From: Peribolospora baueri
Taxonomy: Eukaryota
Length of the DNA stretch: 64,000 nt
NCBI GenBank assembly: GCA_029717555.1
Contig: JAMDHS010000011.1
Location: 1 to 64,000, forward strand
Reading direction: 5' to 3'
Under the pieces are notes generated by a model. The model searched no databases. It was given only the letters and a program-made list of their open reading frames with translations, and was not told the origin of the DNA. This document shows, one piece after another, positions 48,465-62,589 of this stretch. Each line of letters starts with the position of its first letter. Position 1 is the stretch's first letter. Made by a program: the position numbers and the translations under genes.

Positions 48465-49623
48465 TCACAGCAGAACCGCCGCAGCCAAGCCCAGCGAGGC
48501 AGCTGCGCCCGTGAAAACGAGTACTTTCTTCGAGTCTCCTCCAAAGCTGGGAGCCGCGGCACCGGGCTTGCGGATCTTGAAGAGATCGGTAGTGTTAATC
48601 AGCGGTTGGGTGGCCAGCATGTTGGGCGGTCTCGCGACGAGGTACATGGGCGCGAGCTTGGAGCCGTCGAACTGATACAACTGCAAGGCATAGTTGCCCG
48701 CCTTGGCATCGTTGTAGATCCACCAGCCCTGCATGAGCATAGTCTGGTTGTACGTCGTGATCACCGTCGTCTCCGCCGCGCACGGGTCTTGCACTTGGAT
48801 CCTGCCATCGGCGCCGAAGGGGGTCATGACGATGCTGTTGTTCGGCATTAGCTCGTAGTTTCCGTGCTGCCAGATGATGACTGCTTGGATGCAATGCGGC
48901 TTGGTGCCTGGGAACGCGAGCGAGGGCGACGGGTCAGTCTCCGGAGGACGAAGAGAAGTTTGAACTTAGCGGGCAACGTGCCGCATACTCCTGTCCAACT
49001 AGCTTTGACAATTCCAAAGAGCCACCGCACTCCAAGGCGTATCCCTCCGCGCCCCGCCCCGCCCTCCACTTCGCTCTTCCCGTGTGCTCACGACCAAGTC
49101 CAAAAAGAGGCGCGAATTCGTAAAATTCGGCACTCACCGTTAGAGTTGTAGAAGTATTGTGCCATCTCCCAATAGCCGTCATCGGTAAAGCTGTGAGAGA
49201 CGCCGGTGTTCGAAGGGTAGTTGAAGGTGTAGTTCAGCGGATTGCAGAAGCCCTGAAGGTTGGTGAGTGAAGCAAGGGAGTAAAGGGAACGTGTGGGTGT
49301 GAGCGCCGACGAGAAGAGAGTGAACAGCGCAAACAAAAGACAGCACAGTGCGCAACGCTAGAACGGCCTCTCTCGGAGAGCGCAACCTGCACTTCGACGC
49401 TGCATGATATATTTCACGCCGTCTCCCACGATCCAAACAGCCTTGCTGTGCTATCCCGCCGTTGATCCGAAAAGAAACTCACGTAACCGGTCTTCACCGC
49501 GCCGGACCCAGAGCTCCAAGTCCCGGTCAAGCTCGTGACATTGGTCGCTTGCGCCCACGTTGTCCGGGAGAGCACGAAGAGCGACGACACGAGGAAAAGG
49601 AGGGAGGAGAGACGGGGGACCAT
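48465..49623 (-). CDS. ROT1: ER chaperone Rot1 (multi-exon)
   Basis: Signal peptide, SLTGTWSSGSGAVKTG, FCNP..TFNYPSNTGVSHSFTDDGYWEMAQY, WQHGNYEL..NNSIVMTPFGADGRIQVQDPC, LQLYQFDGSKLAPMYLVARPPNMLATQ, C-terminal hydrophobic tail. Confidence 0.92.
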
Positions 49624-50949
49624 TTTTGCAAGGGGGGAGGGGGAGACAGAGGGAGCGTGGACACGGGGGCTGAAGGGAGAAGGGGACAAGTGGGGCCCAA
49701 GGGCGGTTAGGAGGCGGAAGGGCGGAGGATGACACAAAAGGACGTCGAGAAGGATGAGCGGACAGGTTGGATGATGGACGGGACAAGGTGGTTGTGTTTC
49801 TGTGATGATGGAGGGGCTCGTTCGACGAGGCGCGGACGGCACGGCGACGGCAACGCGGGCTAGCGAGCTCGTTAATGCCTCATTAGCATTTCATTAGCCG
49901 AGCCTATAACAAACATTTATTCAAATGCCGCGTGGTGCAAGGACGTCTGACCGTCACGAGTCGCACTCCCAAGAGCCGCAGTAAAACGTGTCGTTCTCAA
50001 ATCTATCCTCGTCCATCTCGCGATCACGGTAAATGGATCGTCGACTTCGTTGGGTTCGTGATCTTATGACTCTTTCTTCTCCTTCTTCTCTCCTCCCGTC
50101 TCCTTGTCTTGTACTATCTTACCTTGTCATGTGTTCTCTCTTCTGTGTTATGAGTGGCACTCGTTTTTCAGGTGCCGGACGAAGCGCTACTCTGAGAGAA
50201 GGGGAAGGAAGGTGGAAGGGCGAGAGAATGGGAGGAAATGGGGAAAGAAGGCCGAGAGGCGGGTGAGAGCACGGCTCACGGTCATCAAGGATCGGGACTT
50301 CGCTAGAGAGCAACGGAAAGGAAAGAAAAGACATTGACACCGGTGCACGGCTGGAAGGGGATCTCGGACGTCGCGCCTGAACACCTCGTGAGCTTAAGCG
50401 GCAGCAGTAGCAGCGAGCCTCCTGCGGTAGCACCAACAGCAGCGGAAGTTTGCAGGGGATGTCATGTCGCCTTAGAGGACGACGGACCTACGTGCTTCAA
50501 GGTGCCGACGAACAACCTAGCTGTAACAAAAAAGGAGGCTCTGCCCGGGAATGTGCGCGCTTTGCAGTTTTATTCACACAAACGTCGAATAGTCGACGCT
50601 GTTAGTCAGAGTCACCTCTGAACCGGGAATCGGAGATCATACCTGCCCGGAGCGAGACGACATGAAGAACAGCAGGTCAGCGGGTGGGGGCGAGAATTGT
50701 CGCACGCATCTCGCAGATCAATGCGCCTCCCGAGCCCGCCCCCGTAGGCTTCGTCACGTGCTGCCAGCGGCGCGTGCGAGCAGGCGCTTCAAGGACGGCC
50801 GCCGCGTAAGCCCCGACTGAAGGTGATCGAGCGGCTGGCCGGTGAAGTCGTCATCGTCATCGGCCCGCCGTCCACCGTCCACCATCCACCCATCTCTACC
50901 GGGAACCCGTTTGTTCTCCTTCATCGCATCCTCTGCAAACATCTCCAAC

Positions 50950-52204
50950 ATGTCTATCCATTCTCCCTTCGCACCCTCTCACTCCCCTTCCCTCGCCCAC
51001 GGCCCCACCGGACACCAGTTCTCCCCTTATACGTCCAACGGAGGAACCATCCTCGCCATCGCCGGCAAAAACTTTTGCGTCATCGCCGGCGACACCCGGC
51101 AATCCGAGGGGTATAACATTCAGACCAGGTACAAGCCCAAGGTTCATCGGCTGTGAGTCCTCGTCTCGGGGGACACGCCCAGGAAGTAGGTGCTTGCGTG
51201 TCCTTTATATTGAGCTCACTCGTCCGCCGACGTACCACTGCGCACTTCCTTCGCATCGCAGGACGGACAAGGCCGTCCTTGCGACGAATGGATTCGCAGC
51301 CGACGCAGATGCGCTTGTCAGGCGCATTCGGCAACGCATTATTGTAAGCATATAGCTTCCAAGCTCAGCATTCCCGCTGGCGATGCTGACCATCCGGTCG
51401 GTCGTACCCTTTCCTATGTTCACGCTGGTTCTCTTCTAGTGGTACCGCCACACCCACGGAAAGGACATGGCCATCCACGCCATTGCCCGCATGATCCAGA
51501 CGCTCCTCTACGGCAAGCGCTTCTTCCCCTATTACGTGTACAATATCCTGGGCGGCGTGGACGAGGAAGGTGAGCCGGCGTACACGCGCACTGTTTCCTC
51601 TGGCCCGCACATGCGTTCGTTTGGAGACGAGACCGGCGTGCTGAACCCGTCTCCTAATACTTGGTTCCATGGCTTGTAGGCGTTGGCGCCGTATACTCAT
51701 TTGACCCTGTGGGCTCGTACGAGCGTGAGTTCTGCCGTGCCGCTGGCAGCGCGCAGAGCTTGGTTCAGCCCTTCCTCGACTCGATGGTGAGTGTCAGCCG
51801 GCCTCGCTGAACATATTTTTCGTTTGTATGTGCCGGTCCGCGGATGCTCACTTGTCTGCTTTTCCCACTATCTCGCACACTAGATCATGCACAAGAACCA
51901 ACAACCTCTCCCAGGCTCCCCCCTCCCCACACCGGGCGAGATGCCCCTCTCTGAAGTCCTCTCCATTGTAACGGACAGCTTTACTTCGGCCACGGAGCGA
52001 CACATCGAGGTGGGCGACGGTTTGGAGATGTACGTCGTCCGTGATGTCAAGACTTTGAAGGGCGCTGGACCCGTTGGGGTGGTTGATGCGGGCTTGCACG
52101 TGGAGGGCGCAGAGACGTTGGCTGTTGGTGGGGAGGGGAAGGACGACGAAGAGGGCGACCCTGAGGCGGTTGTTGTCATTAGGAGAGAGCTCAAGAAAGA
52201 TTGA
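50950..52204 (+). CDS. PRE7: 20S proteasome subunit beta-6 (multi-exon)
   Basis: [96 protein letters not shown]. Confidence 0.96.
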
Positions 52205-54443
52205 GCGCGTATTGGTCAAAGAGACCAACGAAGACACGTATCCCCTACCATGTATTCTCAACATCGTACCTGGCAGGTGTCTTTTGCGGCTCACGCATAG
52301 AGCCTTTGCTGCAGCTCTTTACCAGAGATGGCCGCCTCATTTCTCGGCCAGTCCGTCGTTCTAAAGGCGTGTCCGGTTGAGTTGACTAAGATCGTTTGCT
52401 CTCCGCTAAGGAACGATATTTATATCCTGACCTAAGGCTCCAGCAACGAGCCTTCCTATTTTTACTCTACGCTGTCGACGAACCTAAATGGCGTCACCGT
52501 GCTCGTCCGATCCCACATCCACTTTCATTTACTGTCCGCCGCCGCCTTCCGCGCTGCCTCATCCGTCGCCCTGTCCTTATTGTCGCCTGATCGTCTGTCC
52601 GTCCGACTCGCTGCCTTCTGTCCTGCCTGCCGCATGTTCGGACGGTGGCCGCAACGGTAATGGCCAGTCTCTCGGTGCCGCAAAGCGTTCGGAAGAAGAG
52701 ACTGCGGAAGAGGCGGAGACGTCTTGGGCGAGGATGAGGACGAGAACGAGAACGGATCAGTGGGGGTGCGCGCTCCCGTTCGGCGAGAATCAGCTCTTCT
52801 GGTATCTGTGCTGTCTCGTCTTACTCGCACTCACCGTGAGCGCTTCGTAGCGTTCGTCCACTTGTCGTCTGTCTTTCTTGCGCGGACACCTTTGTCCATT
52901 CGCCTTCAGGTCTGGTCTGACTGACTGACGGGAGGGCTCGTCTTCCTTAATAGCTTCGGACCGCCCGGTTCTTGTACAGGCGCATTTACATACGCCCACG
53001 GACGTGATCGTTTCGATCCCCGGCAGCAGATCCTCTCAATCCGCAACGGTGACATTCGCTCTTGCGCCTTCACCGCATGCTCTCTTGTTCTCCTTGCCGA
53101 GGGTACGCTCGTTCGTGACCGCTTCCTGACTGTGGCCGTCGACCGCTCGGCCCGGTCCTTTCCGGCATCTTGGGTGGAACGATATGTCATTCGTGCAGAT
53201 CATCCTCCGCGAGCGAGAAGAAGGGGTAAATAATGAGAGAGCAAGGCAATCAGAACGTGAAAGCGAACGAGGAAAGAGCAAGCAAGAAGTAGGCATGAGA
53301 CTGGGTAGGCGTCGCCAAAGGGCGAGGACACGTGCGAAAGAAGTAATGCGCGCAGCGGAGGGGAAGGGAGCGGAAGTCGAGCAAAAGACGTGGTCGGATA
53401 AGCCTGCACGCTGAGGATGGTAAGATTCGACCACTAGGCGATATTGGCCTGCCCAATTTATCTTGATCCTGTCCCCTTGCGAAAGCATCTCGAAAGATGT
53501 CCAGGCTGGACTGCTCGACGGAGGGGTGGACTCCGAATACGCGCGCGGCGTGGTCTCATCTAGGAGGCCGGGAGGGTCGAGGAGGCAGATTTGAGCCTGT
53601 GCGAGCTAGAAGAGGCCCCTCTTGCAAAGATCTCCAGCGTCAAGCTGGAGAATTATGTGGCCGGGACACGGGTAAAGGAGCCGCCTTGGCCGTCTTCGTC
53701 AGCTCCAAAGTAAGAATGGAGTGGCACAGACGTTGCGGAAGGAGACACTCCTATGCCCGCTCGGGTTCAAAGACTTGGTCAGAGCCGATGAATGGACGAG
53801 AAGCCCCGTCATTGGTGTCAGGCACGGCAAGGTAAGTTGAGGATTTATGCTGAAGAGCTGAGCACTCGCGTAGAGACTGGCTGCGTGGCGCACATACAAT
53901 GCAATTTTTGACCGTCGGCTAAATCCAGTTTCGCTGCTGCCTGGTCTCATGCTGACCCGTCATGACGGCCTGAAGCGCGAAAAGTCAGATGCGAAAGGAC
54001 AGTATTTTGAAGGCGCGCCGCCAGCGTGCCTGGGACACGGAAGGAGCGCAGGCATTGTCAGTCGTTCAAAAAGGGCATAAGACGGACAGGGACGATTTAA
54101 CGAGCCAGGGCAAGAGCGAAGCAGGTTAGAGGAGATCTGGAAATGCGCCCACATGGGCCACAGGGGGGTCAGCGGGTATAAACGGGAATAAACGGGGGCG
54201 GGGTGTGAGTGATCGGGCGGGTCCTTTTTGTCCGAGCTGAGGGGACGACGGTCGTATAAATGGACCAGTGAGGCCAATCGTCCACACATTGTCGTCGTCG
54301 GTGACCGACCTTCTCATGCTCGGCTGACAGACAACTCTTCTTAACTGCGCTTGCTACTCTAGCAGCTGATTAGCATTTCACGCCGGTAACCTCACGACAA
54401 GGCAACGAAGGCGCCGAGCGCAGTGCAGCGCAGCGTCGCCATA

Positions 54444-57400
54444 ATGTCCGCCCTCCTCCCGCCCACCCACCCGCTCTCGCACCTTTTCCCCACCCCCCTA
54501 TCCGCTTTTTCCCTGCACATTCAACCCGCAAACTACCAAACTTTAACATCTTACCGTCGCTCCGAACAGTTCCCCATCTCTATTGTGCGCAGACTTGATC
54601 GGGTGGAGGAGCTCGGCTCTAGCGATGGTCTCGCAGAATCTATCGGACATACGGGGTGCGTGAACGCGCTCTCCTGGAGTCAGGACGGACGGTGGCTAGT
54701 AAGCGGAAGCGACGATAAGAGGTGGGTAGATTACGGCGTCTTTTTTGATGTGGCCCGTCCCCAGGTCGACTACCTTTTTCCGATCACTCGCACGAATCCC
54801 ACCCGCCCACCCCTCCCCGTCCTCCGCAACCCCTCCCCTAATTGTCTCCTTTCCATCCTTCTTATTTTCCAGACTCTGTCTCTGGCGTCTCGGTGAAGAC
54901 TACGGCCTTCCACCCTCATCACCGCACTCCTCCAGGAGATCCTCTGCTCGTCGTCGCCGCCGGCCCGGGTCCTCCATGCGCATGGACGATGATGAGGAAA
55001 ACGAGGACGACGAAGCGGGGGCAAGGTTTGGGGAAGACAGTTGGGGCAGCGGGACGCCGAGGTTGGCGTTTGGGCTGAGCGATGTTATTGAAACGGGTCA
55101 TAGGGCCAATATCTTCAGCGCCAAGTGGGCGCCTGCAAGCGACAGGAGGATCTTTAGCTGTGCGGGGGACAGACAGGTAAGAGATTAGCGATCGTTTTTG
55201 TCACGATTTAGGCTATGGGTGGGAGCGTGTCACTGAAGTGCATTTTCATTTTATCATCTTCATTTTATATTTCATATTTTGTTTTGCCTAGGTGCGAGTG
55301 TTTGACCTCTCAAGGGCCACCCCCGGAGGCACCCTGCGTAGGTCCGCGAGCGGCAAGGAATGGACCGAATGGGACGAAGGGAGCGGGGCATGCATTCGCG
55401 TCTTGAGATGTCATTCTGGAAGGTAAGATGCATATCGCGATTGTACGTCTCGCTGGTGCGCAGGCTTGTTTGGTTGTATCGGTCGGCGTGGACGCGAGTC
55501 CATCTTTTCCAGTCGCTCCGTTCCTACTGCAAGGATTTCCTGACCTCTATTGACATCCTGTTCCTCCTCTCCAGGGTCAAGCGCATCTCGACCGAAAATT
55601 CACCTGATGTGTTTCTGACATGTTCCGAAGACGGCGATGTGCGACAGCATGATCTTCGCGTGCCGGTGAGTTAACTTCATGTGTTGACATTTAATTGTCC
55701 CATGCCTATTCAAGGTCGGATGGGGCTCATTCCTTCCTCCATATTCTTGTTTTTCTCCCCCATCTCAGCACGTCTGCACTTCCTTCACAAACTCCACGTC
55801 AGTCTTCTCCGCACCTGCCTTCCGGTCCCCGCCCAGCATTATCAGTCCATCCTCTCCAACTCTCATCTCTTCCACATCTGGCGGGAGTGGCGGACTGTCT
55901 TTCAACGCCCCTTATCACTCCCAAGCTAGCGGCGGCGCAGGAGGACCTATCGGGTGTCCCCCGCCATTGCTCCGCTATCCTATCAGCTTGTATAGTCTTA
56001 GCGTTAGCAAGCTGGAGCCTTGGCTGTTTTGCGTCGCCGGTACGAGCGAGTATGCATATCTGTGAGTTTTTCTTATTTTTTCCCTAATACGCCCTGGCGT
56101 GATATCCGTCTTTGGACGCGCCGATAGGAAGGGAAGAGCTCTACTCCGTTGATATTCGTTTACTTCACGTTGACTGACAGGCTTCCTTTCGTTTGGCACT
56201 ATCGGACAATAGCCACGACCGTCGCATGATTCCTCGGCTTATGGAATCCGAATGGGGTCAGCCGTGCAACGCTTCTCAGCCGACACAGTGCGTCCGGCGC
56301 TTCGGCCTCCCTCCTCGTAGCCAAAACCCTCGGTCGCCCACCTCTCCAGTACATGGCCACGGAGTGAGCCATGAAAGGAGGAGCACGAGGAGTGGGAGAA
56401 GCGGAGGGACGGGATGGAGCGCGGTGAGCGAGGAGGAGGAGGAGAAGCATATCACGGCTGTAAAGATGAGCGAGGCGAATGGGAAAGAGGTGGGCTGTTT
56501 CTCTGCGCGTCACCGTCTCTTCGTATTCATCATATTGTCGCGACTGTCCGTATTGACTTATGTATGCCTCCCTGGACGGTGCATCATTCTTTCAGCTCCT
56601 CGCGTCCTACTCAGGAGAGGCAATTTATCTTTTCAACATCCACGACAACCCGGGCGTGTCCCACATGGCCGCCCCGCATCTACGCGAACCCGCTGTCCTC
56701 TCTCCCAGCTCACGTATGTCAGAGTTGAGAGGTGGCGGTGGCCTAGGCAGCGGGGGCAGGCTTGCGGAGAGGAGAAGGAGGGAAAGGGAAAGGGGAAGGG
56801 AACGGGACAGAAGAAGGCACACGCACATTATGGAGGATGGAGACGAAGGGATGCTCGAAGAGGGTCGAGTCCTCACGGCCAGGGATGCTGTGCTGGAAGG
56901 TGAGAGGGAACCAGACGACAGGGAAGAACAAGAGGAAAATGAAACCGAGGCCGTAAGACCTTCACGGCAGCCCATGTCAGCTTCCACGGGGCTCGCTTCG
57001 CAAGCTTCTTCCAGCAGGGCAGTTGCAGGCGTTGGATTGGGAGACGAAGACCCGCCCCGGATCACGCTCACGGACCCGCAGCGGGCAAAAAAGAGAGTAT
57101 CCTACGACGATTCGGCCCAGAACCAAAGTCAAGGAGCGGCTGGACAGCCTCGTCGAAGAAGCTGGGCGAACCTCCGAGTTGCAGAGGCACCAGCACCTCA
57201 ATCTGGAACCGCTCCGTCCACTCCAACGTCCAATGACTGGCTCAGCCGGTCACTGCCTTCGTCCTCAGCTTCCTCTCCCGTAGAGGAACGAGAAGAGCAG
57301 GCCCGCCTCCGGCACAGGGTGTGCCGCGTCCTTTTCCCTTCCGCGACGGCTTTTGCCGAGACGGCCTCCACCTCCACGGGCGGCACGAACACGTCAGCAG

Positions 57401-59544
57401 AGTGGAGTTCCGCCCCTTCACCTCTGCAGCGCCGCTCGGCTATGACGTCAGATGCCTCGGATGCATGGGACAGTGAAATTGCGGATTCCGGGGAGACCGG
57501 CTTCCGTCGAGGAAGTAGGCCGAGAGGCCGTAGGAACGTGTTGGATTTGCTGGAAAGGTTGAGAGAGCTCGATGCTCGCACCGCTGCTGTGGAGCAGCCC
57601 GGCGAAGATGTAGATGTGGACGTCGCAGATAGAGCCCCTGGGGAGAGCACATCCAGCGCTTCTAGGAATGAGGAGCGGGCTGGCGGAGAGACCACCACCG
57701 ATCCGGCCACGACAGCTTGTTTCGTACTCGCTCGTCTGGAGACGGCCAATCGTGGAGGCACACACCTCGAGCCTGCCTCTGGTGTTTGCGCGGTGGCGCA
57801 TCTCATTCTGCGTGACCGGTCCGACCCTGCTCACCCTGGAGTGGTCTCCTCACCTGCCTTATCGGCTCTGCGCGAGGCGCTGCTCGAACTCGAGGGCGCG
57901 GGAGAAGCACGATCCAAGGGCGAAGGAGAGGTGGACGGACGGGGCGAAGTGGAGGAGGTCGAGGAGGAGGCGATGACGGAGGCTCGTAGGGTAGCGAAAG
58001 AGGTGGTCAAGGCGACTTGGGGCGATCGGTACATCAATGCCGAAGGGACACAGCAGCTCCATCTGCCCAATATTGGCCTGGATCTTGGATACGGTCAACA
58101 GGAGTTCACCAGGCAGTTCGTACTAGTCCGGCCTGGAGCACCAGCGTTGGACGGCGAACAAGAGGCTGAAGAAGAGAACGTGGATAGGAGTGCACTTAAT
58201 CTCTCAACGGAAAGAAGGCCGGCTTCATCGCTCGGCTCGCATCGCAAGGGTTCGAGCGTGGCTGGGCAAAGGTCCGCAGGTGCGGATATGGAAGTGGACG
58301 GGGAGGGAGAAGAGGGACGAAGCTTGGGTCGAAGTCAAGGCCAAGGTGCATCATCAGCTGCAGCGGCAGTCCATGCCTCTGGGGTACTGGAGGAAGACTC
58401 ACCTAGCTCTAGCGAGCAGGAAGAACCCATGCAGTCTGACTCCGATGATGAGGAAGAGGACAATGGGGATGAGGATGCGACGATGATGGGTTCCTCCTCG
58501 AACGACGAGGATGGGCACGAGAGCCCCGAAGGCGGGTCCGGGAGCGAGGATTCGCCCGAAAGCGAGGATGTCGAAGGGGAAGAGGAAGGCTTTCCCGCTG
58601 GTTTACTCGGCAGCGCGGCGGGCAATAGGCCTGTTGAGCCGGATGTCCCTGTGGTATACCCGAGAAGGGCGTTTAGGGGACATGTCAATGTCGACACGGT
58701 GAGTACCCTTATGCCGTTCACGGTGGGCTCAGCTTGAAGCTCGCAGACGGACTAATTGGCTGATCAATGTTGGGATTACGTGCTCGCTCCATGGATGTTA
58801 TTCTGTGGCACAGGTCAAGGATGTCAACTTTTGCGGGCCATACGATCAATTCGTTGTGAGCGGATCGGACGACGGCAACTGGTTTATGTGGGACAAGCAT
58901 ACGGGCAAGCTCGAGGGAATTTGGGAGGGCGACGATAGTGTGAGCGCTTATCTTCTCACCTTTCACTAACCTTCCTCTCCTAGCCCGCTCATTCCTTCCC
59001 CTCACCCTCTCTCTGGCCTCTCACTTGGTTTACCAGGTCGTTAATGTTCTCCAACCGCACCCCCTCCTTCCTGTGATGGCTATCTCGGGCATTGACAACA
59101 CCATTAAAGTCTTCGCGCCCGTGTCGGATCCTTTGAAGAAGCATTTTGACAAGTCTCATGAGATGGAGAGGATCTTGGAACGCAGTCGCACTTCGCTGAG
59201 GTCAGTCTCTTTTGCTGGTAGCTTGCCGGGCTCGTCCAGCCTTCGTTCTTTTGTGTCTTCCGACATCACGCGGTCTTCGTGTCAACTGACCGATTTTGGG
59301 TCGCATCCTTGCCTTTTTTTCGCTTGCGCTTCGACTTCATCTCTGCACCTTGTACGGACTCCTTCTCAGCCGGAGTGCCCGCTCGCCATTGATCTCTCGA
59401 GCCGTGCTGGCCCTGTTTCAACGACACATGGAGCCAATGGACGAGGCCGAGGACGTGGGCGGGCCGAGCCGAGTCGTCATCAGGACGAGGCCGGCTGGGG
59501 AAGGAGGAGAGGAGGAAGAACAGGAAGTGTGCTCGGTCATGTAA
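54444..59544 (+). CDS. WD40-repeat DCAF8/DCAF6/WDTC1-like CUL4-DDB1 substrate receptor (multi-exon)
   Basis: GHTGCVNALSWSQDGRWLVSGSDD, TGHRANIFSAKW, VKRISTENSPDVFLTCSEDGDVRQHDLR, HDRRM, LLASYSGEAIYLF, FRGHVNVDTVKDVNF, VVSGSDDGNWFMWDK, VVNVLQPHP..PVMAISGIDNTIKVFAP; ends CSVM*. Confidence 0.88.
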
Positions 59545-60205
59545 AACGAGAGTATTGGTGGGTGGAACGGCGTAGGTTGGGAGGAAGGAGGGGGGGGTGT
59601 ACGGAAAAGTTGAAAGTAAAATCAAGCTGCTGGTTTTCGCGCATCGAATCGCTCCAGTCTACCTTCTCATCTACGAGTTCTTAGCCCTGGTCGCGCGCGT
59701 TACGCAATTGCATAGACCGACGTACACCTCACATCTGTCCGTCCACCTTCTCGTACGGCAATTTTACTGTGATTGCTCTGTCTTGGCCTGCAACCGTTTG
59801 TATCCCGTTCATGACAAGGAGCTCCGCGTGCCCTCTCTTGTCGTTCCACCATTTCTTTCCAGTACCCGAAGCATTTTTGACCACGAGGCCGCGGGAATAA
59901 CGGCTGATGCGACGGTCGTCCGCCTTCGGGGCTCTACAATATGCTCTATAAGGGCTCTTAAACGAGGTCATGGAGCAGAAAGAGGGGAGAAATCCGTCAA
60001 ACTTGGGTGTCTTTGAGCAACGACGAGTTTCTTCTTCCGCTCACACCTTCAGGCCCCGGGGTTTTTGATCTTGCCCGGAGGGATATAGAGGTTAAAGTGT
60101 GGTAGCACATTCGGATCCTTCTTGGGCGCAGGGCTCGGACCACTAGGTCGACCTTGGGCTCCACTAGACTCCAGTTGCTGAAGTAGTCGTCCTTTCTGCC
60201 TGCCG

Positions 60206-60743
60206 CTATCTTGCAAATCTGGCCCACGGGAGTTTCGGGCTTGTTGTTTCCAACAGGATATAGGGCCTGGAAGGGAGGGTTAAGGTCAGCTATGGACGGT
60301 TCCCTTCAGTTGCTGCCTAGCGGACTTACCTTGATGCTGGGCGGACGGCTGTGAGGTCTGGGTTAGAGAACAGGCCACCTCTGGCGCCCAGCTCTGGGTA
60401 GGAGGGGTCATGCCTTTCCTCAAAAGAGGGCAGTTCCTCAGGCTCTAATCCAGCTCGTTTCCAGGTCGAAAGGTAACTCCTCTTCCCGTTGTCAACGACA
60501 GGAGCTGCGATCTATTGTAGCGATCGATGACACGGATTCGTGAACACATTATAAGCCCATGTTCAACCGGAGACGGACACAGCATGGACTCACGTTGGTC
60601 CACGGTTCGAAGTCGTCGATCGAGTTGGTGTTGCTGGATCGTATGATGAGATGAGGTCCCAGCGGCACAGGAGCCCCAAAGACGGAGGAGGTAGCGCCGA
60701 GCAGAGCGGCCGTCAACGGCAGAGCGGCAAGCGAGGTCATCAT
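60206..60743 (-). CDS. Possible small secreted protein (~130 aa; exons 60743-60594, 60511-60330, 60266-60206)
   Basis: Signal-peptide-like MMTSLAALPLTAALLGATSSVFGAPVP; canonical GTGAGT/GTAAGT donors; TATA-like element at ~60804-60811; no recognisable domain. Confidence 0.5.
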
Positions 60744-62589
60744 TGTCGATACGCTTGGAAACGAGAGAAAACGACGTAGTTTGAAGCCAAGGAGGACAAA
60801 CAATTATAAATAAGTAGCTGAACCAGCAACTCAGGGCGAAGTCGAAGGTAAAAGGCAGGGAGGTATTTCAGAGAAGGGGGTAAAGAGAGCAAAGGTCTGA
60901 CAGCGCGCCTTCGAGGCCTTTTATGTCTGTTCGAAAGGATTGGGGGGAGGCGGGTCGGGATGTCCCAGGACGGGGCGGGGCGGATCAGCGGACGACTTGG
61001 TTCATGTCCTGTCCCGACTGCTATCATCGGCGTCGCAGTCGCCCGCATGTCGTGGTCCGAGCTCTTTCCTCCGTCGGCGTCCCAGTCGCAGATCGTGTGA
61101 GGGAGCGCCTCGAATCAGAAATGGACAGCTTCCGGCAGTTCCGCGGGCCATGGCGATCGTAGCGAGCCCCAGGCATGCTGCGTCCGGGCTGTCTCGTATG
61201 TTGGGGCTGTTCGGATCAGCGTAGACGGCTTCCTTGCACCTCTGGCCGCCCTCGCGTTTGTCGTATGCCCCCCTGCTCCGTGCAACGACGGCGGATCAAG
61301 ACGACTCGACACGTGCGGAATTGTGCGAATGTGAGCAGAGCTTGTTCCATGACCTCGACGTCGCGTCGGGACGAACATCCGCGCGACGGACGCTAAGATC
61401 GCGCATTTAATTGACAGCCCGCGTCTCTGAATGCTCCGGGTGCCTGCGGTATGTTCGTCTTCTCGAAGGCGTTGTGGGGAGCAAGCGGAGAGGTCAGTCC
61501 GGTTCCACTCTCATCTCTATCGGCCATCTCTCCGCTCACGCAGAGACAGACAGACAGACAGAGCGAACACGCCCAGGGGTCGAGCAAGACGCGTATTGTT
61601 CCTGGGCGTGCTGTACGTAGCTCCATCGCCGGATCGTCCGCAAAGCAAATCGTCTCCTACCCACTTCGGCCTCCTCTCTACCCCCTTTTCATTCATTCCG
61701 GACAAATTACGTCACACTCGATCAACGACATGCCATTTTAGAAGTTCTGGGAGAGGGACGATCCCACGGCAGCGCCCACACTTAACAACGCCAAGAAGCT
61801 GGACAGCGATGAGGCCTTCTTCAATCCAGGCGGAAGTCCAGGGGCCAAGGAGGTAGACAATCCCTACAAATACCATCCGGCAAGGATCATTTCTGGTGCT
61901 GAGGCAATGGCTCGGTATCGTCAAGCGGGCGAATCCGGGGCGCGACAAGAGGGACAACAACGAGGGACCAATACCGAAGAGGCTGAAAAGACGCCATATG
62001 TCCCCGCATCTTGACCTGCGCGAGCTGATTCACCATGGTCGGGTGGTCGCTCCCACAACCTCATTTTTCTAGTCACTACCTTCTCTGCATTTTTCTCGCT
62101 CCCTTCAGCACCACATCTTTTCAGCTCGTCTGCTCTATTTTTTTCCCTTCTTGCTCTGTCGCTGCTTCATCCTCTTCTGTTTTCTCTTCTGCGAGTGCAT
62201 GTCAGTAGCCTCTCTCTCGCTTGTCTCTCAGATGAAAGGAAGGAAGGAAGGAAAGAAGGAGCTATGTTCGGACTTTTTTTTTTTTTTCTTTCTGCCACTT
62301 GCAAGGTCGTCATGCGAAGAGCGCGGCTCACACCTGTTGCACGTCACCACCACGTTACTCAGTGTGCGACTCATGCGAAATACGAATTACATGCGCGGAC
62401 TTGAAAAAAAATAAAATAGAGAAAAGAGGGCACATTGAGAAATCTCATCCGGTTTGTACCTTCCCAGTTGTTAACTTGGACCCTCCAGTCGCGCGTCCAG
62501 TTGTGTCCTCGAGTGGTATCCTCTCCATTCCAACAGATCCAGCAACTCGTCGGGAAAACGCCAACTGGTCGTTCTAAGCAGAACCGACA

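Noticed and set aside
52300..54400. Short ORFs between PRE7 and the WD40 gene
   Set aside because: No domain signal or convincing exon chain.
60850..62560. Short plus-strand ORF fragments
   Set aside because: They could not be assembled into a supported gene.
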